Positions 45,943-56,027 of a stretch of DNA of 64,000 nt are shown in pieces. The position numbers were made by a program, and so were the translations under genes. The notes under the pieces are model-generated. The model was not told the DNA's origin. It saw nothing but the letters and a program-made list of their open reading frames with translations, and did not search any database. The DNA comes from an uncultured bacterium (GTDB lineage: Bacteria; Verrucomicrobiota; Verrucomicrobiia; Limisphaerales; UBA8199), in contig CAVQND010000024.1 of NCBI GenBank assembly GCA_963713735.1, forward strand, positions 77,556-141,555, read 5' to 3'. Numbering within the stretch: the first letter of the stretch is position 1; every line of letters begins with the position of its first letter.

Positions 45943-46632
45943 CGGCGCGGAGAGGGGGTGCTTCAGGGCTATCGCAACGGCTACGAGGACAAAGAGGTCC
46001 AGACCGCCGAAGGCCCGCTGCATCTGAAAATGCCGCAAGTGCGCGACACGATTGAAGCCTTTGAGAGCGTGTGGCTCCGAGCGCTGGTTCGGCGAAGTGA
46101 TAAGCTGGCGGCCCTGATCCCGCAGCTCTACGTCAAGGGACTGTCAACGCGGGACATCGAGGCCGCCCTCACCGACACGCTGGAGGTGGAGGGGGTAAGC
46201 AAGAGCACGGTCAGCACGTTGTGCGGGCAATTAAAGAAGGACTTCGAGCAGTGGCAGAACCGGGATCTGACCGAACACAAGATTCTGTATCTGTTTTGCG
46301 ATGGTATTTACACGCGGCTGCGTCCGGAGGATGAGCGGGCTGCGGCGGTGCTGTGTGCCTACCGGATCCAGGAGGACGGCAGGAAAGTGCTCCTGCATCT
46401 GGCGGTGGGCGACAAGGAGAGCACGGTCTGCTGGAAGAGCTTCTTCCAGGACATGAAACAACGGGGACTGGCCAAACCGCTCCTGGCCATCATCGACGGG
46501 AACAGCGGGCTGCGCAGAGCAGTCAGGGAGTGCTTTCCTGGCTCGCGGGTCCAGCGGTGTCAGGTGCATCGGATGCGCAACATCCCATGCGAGCTGGCGT
46601 GGCGTCAGGGTGACTCCGTCGGCGAACGGTGA
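45943..46632 (+). pseudogene. IS256-family (mutator-type) transposase fragment, truncated at both ends
   Basis: YRNGYEDKEV, YVKGLSTRDIEAAL, LFCDGIYTRLR, CWKSFFQDMKQRGL, LAIIDGNSGLRRAVRECFPGSRVQRCQVHRMRNI. Only about 230 of roughly 400 aa are present. Confidence 0.8.
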
Positions 46633-46893
46633 ACTGGAGGTTCTCCGCACGAACGCGAAGACCCGACAAGTTCTCCGGCTGGCGGCGCAGGGGCCAGCGG
46701 TAGCTGTCGCCGGTGAAATCCCACCGTTCGCTTTAAAAACCGGCTGTCATTTTTCCTTGAAATCTCGGCCCATCAGAGTAAAAACGTACCATCTGCCACC
46801 ACGAGCCGCTGACTCGCTTGGGTTCAGCCAACGACCCGCGTGCGGAAGACCGGTTGGGACTGACCCGACCGGCAACAACTAAACCTTGGCCAT

Positions 46894-47933
46894 ATGAAGA
46901 CGCGATCCTTAAAACTCGTTCGATTCCTTTCCCCGCTGTGCCTGGCCGTTTGGGCGGCAGCGCCACAGGCCGGTGCCCAGACACCGGCGCAACTCGCCAT
47001 TCAGACGTATGCGGGGCTGACCATCACGGGTGCGGTCGGGACGGTTTACGAAATTCAATGCGTCACGGACCTCGGCCAGACGAACGACGCGAGCGCCTGG
47101 CGTTGCCTGGAGTTTCTGCAACCGCCTGCCAGTCCCTATCTGTGGGCCGACAAGTCCGCTCCGGCCACGGGGCGGCGGTTTTACCGGGCGGTGCAGACTG
47201 GAGGGCCGACGAACATGGTCTTCATTCCGCCGGGGACGTTTCGGATGGGCAGCCCGACGAACGAGGTGGACCGGTATGGCGATGAGGGACCGCAGACGGC
47301 GGTGACGATCAGCCGGGGTTTTTGGATGGGCAAGTATTTGGTGACCCAAGGGGACTACCTGGCGTTGATGGGCAGCAATCCGAGCTATTTCAACACAAAC
47401 AACGGGTACAGCTTGGACTTGACTCGTCCGGTGGAGAGTGTGAGTTGGTTTGATGCCTCGAATTACTGTGCGGCCCTCACGGGGCAGGAACGGGCGGCGG
47501 GGCGGATAGCGGCCAACAGCGTGTATCGGCTGCCGACGGAGGCGGAATGGGAGTATGCATGCCGGGCGTGGACTTCGACGCGGTTCAGCTATGGGGATGA
47601 CCCCGGCTACACCAACTTGACGCAGACTACGCGTGGTACTCTGACAACAGCGGTGGAACGACGCATCCGGTGGGGCAGAAGTTGCCCAACCCGTGGGGCT
47701 TGTATGACATGCACGGGAATGTGTTGGAGTGGTGCCAGGACTGGTATGACGTTTATGCTGGCGGGATTGCCCTTGACCCCCAGGGGCCTGCCACGGGCTC
47801 GCGCCGCGTGATTCGCAGCGGCTTCTGGGGCCGCATCGCCGGGTGCTGCCGGTCTGCGGACCGCGACAACGACTACCCGGACGGCAGGCTCTTCAGCATC
47901 GGTTTCCGGGTTGTCCTGGCCCCAGGTCAGTGA
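46894..47933 (+). CDS. DGR target protein. Secreted FGE-sulfatase/C-type-lectin-fold protein with a C-terminal variable region. One frameshift at about 47620.
   Basis: Signal peptide MKTRSLKLVRFLSPLCLAVWAAAPQAGA. YAWYSDNSGGTTHPVGQKLPNPWGLYDMHGNVLEWC. C-terminus [41 protein letters not shown]. Confidence 0.8.
47804..47925 (+). repeat. DGR variable region (VR) at the 3' end of the target gene
   Basis: 122 bp colinear with 49028..49149. About 25 of 28 mismatches sit at template adenines. Confidence 0.8.
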
Positions 47934-48092
47934 GCTCAAGAGCCAGCGCGGAGCAGTCGAGGCGGAGCGAGGGACGAGCGAAGCCTGACTGCGGAGCGGG
48001 TGTGAGGATGTCAAGCGGGTAGGAATAAGAAAAGAAAAGCCCCGCGCAGCGGTCGCCAAATTTTTCGAGAACCGACGCCCCTGGCAATCTGA

Positions 48093-49020
48093 ATGCAACT
48101 GAAGGTCTTTGTTCTGCCGATTAAGAATCTCGGGGCTGCGGAGGCCGAGATGAATGGGTTCTTGCGTGGGCACCGGGTGCTGGCGGTGAAGAAGGAATTT
48201 GTGCCGGATGGGGAAAACTCCTTCTGGAGCTTTTGCGTGGAGTACCTGGATGGCGGCGGAGGGGGCGGACTGGTGCCGGGCGGCAAGCTGCCCAAGGTGG
48301 ACTACAAAGAGGTGCTCAAGCCGGAGGAGTTCGAGGTGTTCAGCCGGTTGCGCGACTGGCGCAAGGCCGTGGCGGAGAAGGAAGGGGTCCCGGTCTATGC
48401 TTCACCATCCACGATCCCAAGGAGCGAGTGATCTGCGCCGCCCACTTCCGGGAGCGGGTGATGCATCACGCGCTGATGAACCTCTGCGAGCCGGTGCTGG
48501 CCTTGTTTGAGCAGGTCTTGGCCAGCTACCAGACCGCGCCCGGGCGCGGCTTACCCATCGGCAATCTTACTTCCCAGCATTTTGCCAATTTCTACCTGGC
48601 CCCACTGGACCGGTTCATCAAGGAGCACCTGCGCCGCTGGGCCTGCGTGCGCTACATGGATGACTTCGTGGTGTGGGGTGAGAGCGGCGCCGACCTGCGC
48701 GGCGTGTGGCGGGAGGTGGAGGCCTTCCTCGCGGCGAAGTTGCGTCTGGTCCTGAAGCCAAACGTCGCCCTGAACCGGACGGCCTTCGGAATGGATTTTC
48801 TCGGGTATCGCGTCTTTCCGCAGGAGCTGCGGCTGGCCCGGCGGAGCAAGCTGCGCTTTGCCCGCAAGTTCCGCCGGTATGAATGCGAGTGGGTGGCGGG
48901 GCGGTGGACGGAGCTGCGCTTGCAGCAGCGGATGCAGGCGCTGGTGGCGTTCACCTTGCCCGCTCGCAGCCGACCCTGGCGGCGGCACGTGCTCCATCAA
49001 TTTGGGGTGGTGGCCAACGG
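48093..49020 (+). CDS. DGR reverse transcriptase. Frameshift at about 48420. The 3' end runs into the template repeat.
   Basis: [30 protein letters not shown] (motifs 1/2). [17 protein letters not shown] (the DGR-diagnostic IGxxxSQ). [10 protein letters not shown] (YMDD). MDFLGYRVF. No maturase or endonuclease domains. About 310 aa. Confidence 0.85.
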
Positions 49021-49027
49021 GCTCGAA

Positions 49028-49149
49028 CCGCGTGATTCGCGGCGGCAACTGGAACAACAACGCCAGGAACTGCCGGTCAGCGAACCGCAACAACAACAAC
49101 CCGGACAACAGGAACAACAACATCGGTTTCCGGGTTGTCCTCGCCCCAG
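49028..49149 (+). repeat. DGR template repeat (TR), AAC-rich
   Basis: cgcgtgattcgcggcggcaactggaacaacaacgccaggaactgccggtcagcgaaccgcaacaacaacaacccggacaacaggaacaacaacatcggtttccgggttgtcct. Encodes [39 protein letters not shown] in the VR frame. Confidence 0.8.
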
Positions 49150-49398
49150 CTCATCCGGAGCGTTGGATGACGGCCCGGCTGACCCGGCCCCCATCCTGTC
49201 CCCCGAATACGGTGTTCCGGGGCAAACCACGGTGGAACGAGGCCCGGTGTAAGTAGCGAAGCGGAGTCTCCGCGAAAGCTCCGCGCCTTTGCTGGCCCAA
49301 GGCGGGTAGACGCATCAACCATCACCTGCCTCCCCAGGACCTTTTTACAGGAACGGTTGGACTTGACGGATGCGCCCCTCTGGAACCATAACGGCAGC

Positions 49399-49806
49399 TC
49401 AGGCAGTGATGGCTTTTAACAATTGCGCGGGTGTAATGACGCCTGCGCCAAAGGGTTTCTGAAGGACCAACAGATCTTTGTCAAAGGTGACGAGAAAGCG
49501 AGCCTTGGCGGCCAGCGCGGCCGAAAGATAGGGGTCGTCCGCCGCATCCCGGCAGCGCTGTTTCCCCAACGGCATCGGCTCCACCAGGGTCACCCGCTCC
49601 AAATACCACGTCAGCCGCGCCGTGGCATTGTGCCTCGGCTGCTTTTGGCGAATCAACTCGGCGGCAACCTCCCTGGTCTCCTCCAATGTTTCGGTCAACC
49701 CGAAGGCGAAGAGCTGCCGCCTCGCGATCTTGACCAGGCACAGGTACGCCTCGCCGTTCCAGCAAGCGCCAGACGCCACCACGTTGGCATCAAGCACCAC
49801 GCGCAT
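49399..49806 (-). CDS. PIN-domain toxin (VapC-like, PIN_3 family)
   Basis: MRVVLDANVVASG, DDPYLSAALAAKARFLVTFDKDL. Confidence 0.8.
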   Translation of the reverse strand: MRVVLDANVVASGACWNGEAYLCLVKIARRQLFAFGLTETLEETREVAAELIRQKQPRHNATARLTWYLERVTLVEPMPLGKQRCRDAADDPYLSAALAAKARFLVTFDKDLLVLQKPFGAGVITPAQLLKAITA

Positions 49807-50053
49807 GTCTGGACTTTCTCACCCGCCGTTGAATCGTCAGAACCTCCTTAATCTCCACTCCCGTGGGTCCGGGTTCAGCCCCTGCGCCGGCGGACTCCAG
49901 GAGGGCCAGGTCGGCTTCGATCTCCCGCCGAATCTCCTCCCGTACCAACTGACGGAAAAACTCACTCACGTTGCCGTACTGTTGCTCGACCCGTTGCCTC
50001 ACAAACTCCGCCATGGTCGAGGGGAGAGAGATATTCATCAACTCCATCTTCAT
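49790..50053 (-). CDS. Ribbon-helix-helix antitoxin (ParD/CopG-like) paired with the PIN toxin
   Basis: MNISLPSTMAEFVRQRVEQQYGNVSEFFRQLVREE. 17-nt overlap with the PIN gene. Confidence 0.65.
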   Translation of the reverse strand: MKMELMNISLPSTMAEFVRQRVEQQYGNVSEFFRQLVREEIRREIEADLALLESAGAGAEPGPTGVEIKEVLTIQRRVRKSRHARGA

Positions 50054-50163
50054 CGGGCCGAGCTTACATCCAATGGCATCAAATGTAAAGCCAGGAAACT
50101 GTCAACTGGACAGCCGGCTGGCTCCTTGACAACGGGTGGGGATGTTGGGGAGTATGGGCGGCG

Positions 50164-51873
50164 ATGCAAGCGCCGCCGGACAGCAAAGGATCGGAATGGC
50201 CCCACGCTCAGGTTTCGCCTGCGGCAGGCGTTGGAAACAGCATCACAACTTACCATTGGCTGGTGGTTATCCTGGCAACGTGCGGTTGGCTCTTCGACTG
50301 CATGGGACAACGGATTTTCGTGATCTCCCGCGAACCGGCGCTCAGGGAACTGCTCGGCGCGACGGTGTCGGATGACACGGTCCGGGGCTGGGGCGGCCTG
50401 GCGACTTCGATGATGATGGTCGGCTGGGCGACCGGAGGCATCCTTTTTGGGCTGATGAGCGATCGCTGGGGACGGGTCAAGGCGATGGTCAGCACGCTGC
50501 TGGCCTACACCCTGTGCTCGGGGCTGGCGGGTTTCGCCCGCAACGGGACGGAGTTCCTGGTTTATCGCTTTTTGTTTGGCCTGGGCGTGGGCGGGATGTT
50601 CGGCTCGGCGACGACACTGGTGGCGGAGAGCGTGCCCCAGCGGGCCCGCACGCTGGCGCTGGGGCTGATGCAATCCCTTTCGGCAGGCGGGACCATGCTC
50701 GGCTCGGCCTTGAGCCTGAAGATCACGCCCGGACAGGAGAATTTCTGGGGCCATTTCAGCGGGTGGCAGGTCTTATGTTTTGCGGGGGTATGCCCGGCCA
50801 TCCTGGCGGCGCCGATGGGCCTGCTCCTCAAGGAACCTGATGCCTGGAACAAGGCCAAGGCCCTGGCCGCCATCCAAGGCCGGAGCAAAGCGGTCGGGTC
50901 AATGGCAGACCTGTTCACACACCCGCGCTGGCGCAGGGGCATGCTGGTCGGCGTTTGCCTGGGCGTGGCCGGCATGGTCGGCTTGTGGGGCATCGCGTTT
51001 TTCTCGCCGGAGCTGATCACGACCGCCTTGAAAAATCGCCCGTTGCAGACCGCAGACATCGTAAGGCCGGCCGAGGTTTGCGCCGCTCTGACCGCGCCCG
51101 CCAACCCTGCCCTGGCGCGCCTCAAGGCAAGACTGTCCCCGGAGGCAATCGGCCAATTCGCGGCCCTCCCGGGCGCGGGGGAGATTCCGGTCGGCACGGT
51201 CGAGGTCTTGCGGCAGGAGTTGAATCGAGCCATCCAGGGCGGCCAACTTTACGATGCCGAGGCCTTCAAGTCGCTCGCCCTCAGGAAGGCGACCCGGAAC
51301 CTGGTCAAGCTGGCCGAGAAGACCCATGCGCGAGAGGACCGGATATTCCTGAATCGGCAATTAGTGGAACAGCTCTTTCCCAGCGCCATTCTCGAGCTGC
51401 AAAAGACCATTGACGGGATGCGGAGCGGAGGCACGATGTTGCAGGACTTTGGGGCCGTGCTGGGGATGCTCACCTTCACGTTTGCAGCGTCCTATTTCAA
51501 CCGGCGCGCAGCCTTTCTGGGGGCTTTTCTGCTCTGCCTGGGGGCGGTGGCCTTCGTCTTTTATTCGCTCAAGTCGGCCACCGATATCTACTGGATGCTG
51601 CCGCTGATGGGCTTTGGCACCCTCTCGGTCTTCGCCGGCTACTCGATCTACTTCCCGGAACTGTTTCCGACCCGGCTGCGGGGGACGGGTGTCGGCTTGT
51701 GTTACAACACGGTACGCTACCTGACCGCGCCCTTTCCGTTCCTGCTGGGCTGGCTGAGCACCTTGATGCCCTTCCGCACGGTCGCCGTGATGATGTGCTC
51801 GATTTACCTCCTGGGCATCGTCGCCCTGTATTGGGCCCCCGAGACCAAAGGACAACCGCTGCCGGAGGACTGA
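50164..51873 (+). CDS. MFS transporter (about 14 TM segments with a central hydrophilic insert)
   Basis: HWLVVILATCGWLFDCMGQRIFVISREPALRELLGAT (TM1). GLMSDRWGRVKAM MFS motif. The true start may be a non-ATG codon downstream of 50164. Confidence 0.8.
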   Translation: MQAPPDSKGSEWPHAQVSPAAGVGNSITTYHWLVVILATCGWLFDCMGQRIFVISREPALRELLGATVSDDTVRGWGGLATSMMMVGWATGGILFGLMSDRWGRVKAMVSTLLAYTLCSGLAGFARNGTEFLVYRFLFGLGVGGMFGSATTLVAESVPQRARTLALGLMQSLSAGGTMLGSALSLKITPGQENFWGHFSGWQVLCFAGVCPAILAAPMGLLLKEPDAWNKAKALAAIQGRSKAVGSMADLFTHPRWRRGMLVGVCLGVAGMVGLWGIAFFSPELITTALKNRPLQTADIVRPAEVCAALTAPANPALARLKARLSPEAIGQFAALPGAGEIPVGTVEVLRQELNRAIQGGQLYDAEAFKSLALRKATRNLVKLAEKTHAREDRIFLNRQLVEQLFPSAILELQKTIDGMRSGGTMLQDFGAVLGMLTFTFAASYFNRRAAFLGAFLLCLGAVAFVFYSLKSATDIYWMLPLMGFGTLSVFAGYSIYFPELFPTRLRGTGVGLCYNTVRYLTAPFPFLLGWLSTLMPFRTVAVMMCSIYLLGIVALYWAPETKGQPLPED

Positions 51874-51950
51874 GGTCGTCGCAGCCTTCGTCGCAGCCTT
51901 TGTCGAAAACCGCAACCGAAGGAAAACCGTCGCCGGAGGACCGACGCCCC

Positions 51951-52026
51951 AATCCTAATCCTAATCCTAATCCTAATCCTAATCCTAATCCTAATCCTAA
52001 TCCTAATCCTAATCCTAATCCTAATC
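51951..52026. repeat. (AATCCT/CCTAAT) x about 12.7 perfect hexanucleotide microsatellite
   Basis: aatcctaatcctaatcct... 76 bp without interruption. Lies between convergent genes. Confidence 0.9.
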
Positions 52027-52139
52027 GGGGCCGCCCGTGACCAAAGGACAACCGCCCCCGCAGGATTGACGGGCGCGTATCCGCCTTTGGGAACCGCTTA
52101 TGTCGGACAGCTTGAGCCTGGCTGATGCCCGCCCGCGCC

Positions 52140-53927
52140 TCACGGCCAGCGCAGGCGATAGAACCGGGTCTGATAATTCGTCCACCAGGGATCGCTGAAG
52201 TAGGACGAGCCGCTGCTGAGGGTGTTCGTGGCCAGTGGAGACCAAGTGGGATTGGCCAGATTAGTCGTGGCCTCGACCACGACGACAATACTAGGTGTGC
52301 CGGTGATGTTGAAGCCAAACCGGTTCGCCCGGACACCGAAGCTGGCATCCCTGGTCTGCACCTGGGGGGTCCACAGCACGGTCGGGCGACCGCCAAACGT
52401 CGGGCCCCAGCCCGTGGTCCCAGGCAAGTAATAGATGGTCGCATTGTTGTCGCCTGAGAACACAGAGTTGCCATTGAGACTGGGGGCGTTACCCTTGAAA
52501 TAGGCCCCTGTCAGGTTGGGGCAGAGCCAGAACGCCTGGTCGAAGATGTTGGTGACGCTGTTGGGGATCGTTACCGTGATCAGGTGTTCGTCGCCTGCGA
52601 ACGCATCGTCCCCGATGTTGCTGACGCTATTAGGGATGCTGTAGGAGCTTCCGGCTTCGCCTCCTGGGTATTGAATGAGCAAGGTCCGGTTCTTGTCGAA
52701 CAACGCCCCATCCACACTGCTATAGACGGAATTGAGTGCATCCACCGTGATCGCTGTCAGGCTGTGGCAGCGACAGAACGCCATGTCCCCGATGCTGGTA
52801 ACATTGCTGGGGATCGTGACGCTGGCCAGGCCGCAGCCATAGAACGCAAAGTCCCCAATGCTGGTGACGTTGTTGGGGATCGTGACGCTGGTCAGGCTGC
52901 TGAGGTAGAACGCATGGTCGAAGATGTTGGTGACGCTGCTGGGGATCGTGTAACCTCCAACTTTACCTGGCGGGTATTGAATGAGCGCGGTCTGGCTCTT
53001 GTCGAACAAGACCCCATCCAGACTGCTATAGATGGGATTGAGGGCATCCACCGTGATGGCCGTCACGCTCCTGCAGCCACAGAACGCATCGTTCCCGATG
53101 CCAGTGACACTTTTGGGGATTGTGATTTGGGTCAGGCTGGTGCAGCCATAGAACGCCCATTCCCCGATGCTGGTGACGCTGTTGGGGATCGTGACGCTGG
53201 TTAGGCCGGTGCAAAACGAGAACGCATCGTTCCCGATGCTGGTGACGCTGCTGGGTATCGTGATGCTGGTCAGGCCGGTGCAGTCATAGAACGCCTCCGT
53301 CCCGATGTTGGTGACGCTGTTGGGGATCGCGTAGGAGGTTCCGGCTTTGCGTTGCGGGTATCGGATGAGGCTGGTCTGGCTTTCATTGAACAAAACCCCA
53401 TTCACACTGGCATAAGTGGAATTGAGGGGATCCACTGTAATGGCTGTCAGGCTCGTGCAGCCGGAGAACGCCTCGTTCCCGATCCTGGTGACACTTTTGG
53501 GTATCGTGATTTTGGTCAGGCTGGCGCAGTCATAGAATGCCCCTTCCCCGATGCTGGTGACGCTGCTGGGGATCGTGACGCTGGTTAGGCTGGTGCAGTA
53601 ATAAAACGCCCAGTCCCCCATGCTGGTGACGCTTTTGGGGATCGTCACGCTGGTCAGGCTGGTGCAGCTTGAGAACGCGTACTGTCCGATGCTGGTGACC
53701 GGCAGGCCATTGACGGCGCTCGGAATGGTCAGCGCGCCGCCAGGACCAGTGTATCCCGTGATGGTGATCGCGCCGTTATTGGTCGTGCAACTGAATTGGG
53801 CTTGCACGACGCCAGTCGGCGCCAACAGCAAGAGCACCGGCAGCAGCCTCGTGGCGCAGGCAGTTGTTAAGCGCCCGGCCATCGTCTTCGGGCAAGTCGT
53901 TCTCTCACTGAGGGTTTGGGTTTTCAT
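52140..53927 (-). CDS. Secreted BspA-type leucine-rich-repeat (LRR_5) protein
   Basis: Signal peptide LLPVLLLLAPTGVVQA. At least 15 repeats of about 23 aa (IPSSVTSIGxxAFxxCTSLTSVTIP). Confidence 0.75.
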   Translation of the reverse strand: MKTQTLSERTTCPKTMAGRLTTACATRLLPVLLLLAPTGVVQAQFSCTTNNGAITITGYTGPGGALTIPSAVNGLPVTSIGQYAFSSCTSLTSVTIPKSVTSMGDWAFYYCTSLTSVTIPSSVTSIGEGAFYDCASLTKITIPKSVTRIGNEAFSGCTSLTAITVDPLNSTYASVNGVLFNESQTSLIRYPQRKAGTSYAIPNSVTNIGTEAFYDCTGLTSITIPSSVTSIGNDAFSFCTGLTSVTIPNSVTSIGEWAFYGCTSLTQITIPKSVTGIGNDAFCGCRSVTAITVDALNPIYSSLDGVLFDKSQTALIQYPPGKVGGYTIPSSVTNIFDHAFYLSSLTSVTIPNNVTSIGDFAFYGCGLASVTIPSNVTSIGDMAFCRCHSLTAITVDALNSVYSSVDGALFDKNRTLLIQYPGGEAGSSYSIPNSVSNIGDDAFAGDEHLITVTIPNSVTNIFDQAFWLCPNLTGAYFKGNAPSLNGNSVFSGDNNATIYYLPGTTGWGPTFGGRPTVLWTPQVQTRDASFGVRANRFGFNITGTPSIVVVVEATTNLANPTWSPLATNTLSSGSSYFSDPWWTNYQTRFYRLRWP

Positions 53928-54827
53928 GGTTTTCGACCTAGCGGAGTTGATAGCTGATGGGAGCTGCTCTTTGACGCGCCGCATCATTGCGGCTGCGCGG
54001 GTGAAAGAGAATTGGTTCCTGGTCGCGCTCATGTTGAAAGACGCTCCTGGCCGAGGAGCGCACCCATTTGGCCGAACGCTTGAGCAGTCGCCACATGCCC
54101 GCCCAAAACCGATCTTGTCGTCGCCACTGCCAATTCATCAGCAACTGGCTCCCCACCAGACCGTCGTCATTATTGAACGGTTTGTCAGCATTCCTGATGC
54201 CGGAGTTCAAAGGTTAGAGAAAGTTGTTGGGGGATAACGGATTAGCGAAACTCTCCTCCGGTGGAAACCCATCATGCTGTGCCAGAATGGCAGCCTCAGT
54301 GCCACTGTGGCATACGTGCCTCAGCGCGTCAGATCGTCGCCCAGTTAATCAGATTGTATTATTTTATTGACGGCGGCGGTTGTTGGGGGAGCGATGGAGT
54401 CGCGGCTGCGAGACAGCGGGGCCGCTGAGTTCATCAAGGCGGTGGAGCATGGCTGGTGCCTCTCCCCGAGGGAGAGGGGCGCTGCCAGGGCCGTCCCTCA
54501 ATCTGGATTCCGCTGAAAAACCCCCTGTTTTTGAAGATGAGCAAAGATGCATGAAAAGTGTCGGGAATTCTTACGCGCTAATTTGGTCTGTACGCGATTT
54601 GAATGATCAAGGGATACATCGGAGATGGTCTTTTTCACTGTCTCTTTTTGATCAGAGGGGTTTTTCAGCAGAATCAATCTGATTAACTGACCCCTGCTAT
54701 GGGGTGGACTGGCAAGGCTGCCGCCGCATCAGGCCCCAGCCGTGCCAATCGCCTTTCCATCATCGGTCTTAAACTCGCGAATAATTTTTGCTTGATTTTT
54801 AGGACTGCTTGGGCTGCACTCCAGCCC

Positions 54828-55286
54828 ATGCAACTCAAAGTGGCACTCTCGCTGGCCCTGCTGGCGATTTCAGCCTTGGCTGCGGAGTCCTCAACTTATG
54901 GGCAGCGGATTGTGGCGGCGGTCCTGATGGGGGAAGCCTGGGGCGACGGCGAGATCGGCATGACCGCGGTGGCCGAAGTCATTCACAACCGGGCAGAAAA
55001 GACCGCCAAGACACCGTTGGCGGTCGTGCTCAAGAAGGGCGAGTTCTCATCGCTGAGGCGCGCGACGCCGGAGGCGCTTTACCAGAAGTTCTGCCGAAAG
55101 AGGGATTTCCAGACGGCCCTTCGCATCGCCAAGACCTGCTACAACACACCGGAGAAGCTGCCCAACATCACCAGGGGCGCGATTTACTATGACCATAGGA
55201 GGAACCGTCCGCCCTGGCTCGGTGAAGTGCGGCTTGTGGCCTGCGTGGGCAACCAGAATTTTTACGTTCCGAAAGATGCGCATTAA
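54828..55286 (+). CDS. SleB/CwlJ-like cell-wall hydrolase domain protein, secreted
   Basis: Signal peptide MQLKVALSLALLAISALAA. AAVLMGEAWGDGEIGMTAVAEVIHNR resembles the Hydrolase_2 family. Confidence 0.55.
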   Translation: MQLKVALSLALLAISALAAESSTYGQRIVAAVLMGEAWGDGEIGMTAVAEVIHNRAEKTAKTPLAVVLKKGEFSSLRRATPEALYQKFCRKRDFQTALRIAKTCYNTPEKLPNITRGAIYYDHRRNRPPWLGEVRLVACVGNQNFYVPKDAH

Positions 55287-56027
55287 CGATTGACTCGGCA
55301 GGCGGCGGCGCGCCGAAAGCAGTTTCCTGCCAGAGTTTTTCGTTGATGATGAGACTCGACTCCGCCTTCCCCGACACCGGCCCGGTGGAGTATCTGACCG
55401 GCTTGCGCTTCATTGACGACCTCGTCGTCGGCGGCTGGCATCTGGACGCCGAAGGGATGCTGCCCAGTTCCGGACCGGCCGGGCTTGGGGGTGTCACTGA
55501 ACCCGGAGGCGCCGGCGAAATACACGCGCGGTGAGAAGCTGCTGGAGTAGTTCACAGCCGATGTCCCTTGAGCCGCTTCCTCCAATGCGCCATCGAGACG
55601 CCCCGCTCCCGGCAACTCATCTCCGGTGGCGCCACCAACCACAGCCGGGTGACGGTGGAGTTCAAGAAAGGTGAACTCGCATTCAAGACGAAGGCGGCAA
55701 AGAACTCCAGGCCCGCGCGTGCCACTCTGCGCCCTTTGCCGTCTGCAAGCAAAGACTCGACATCTCCCAGTTCAGGAGCGACATTCCGTGCGATGCGATG
55801 CGGTTTCCAAACAGTGATTTGGGGGCGCCAGATTGACGATCTCGATCTGGTCCTCGATCAGATCGTGGCCTGCGGCTACGAAGGCGTCGAAATAGCGCAG
55901 AGTCCTCGAGACATTCTCGTGTCCGGTAAGCTCGTGAACAGGGGTGACCCGACCAAGTTCACGATCGTCTTGCCGGAATCCCTGCAACATGTCCCACCAG
56001 CACGGCTCTTGGCTGCCAGATAGGATC

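Noticed and set aside
48093-48431. ORF upstream of the RT motifs considered as a DGR accessory variability determinant (Avd) or an HRDC-like protein
   Set aside because: Its C-terminal part continues into RT motif 1 across a single frameshift and resembles the N-terminal region of DGR RTs. It is better explained as the RT N-terminus. No separate Avd ORF is evident.
49022-49150. FGE-domain C-terminal fragment after the RT, first taken for a remnant of a second FGE gene disrupted by a retroelement
   Set aside because: The adenine-specific mismatch pattern against the upstream gene's 3' end shows it is the DGR template repeat, not a gene remnant.
51699-52040. ORF translating to a PNPNPN... repeat protein
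   Set aside because: It is simply the (CCTAAT)n microsatellite read in-frame after the MFS gene stop. There is no start context and it is intergenic.
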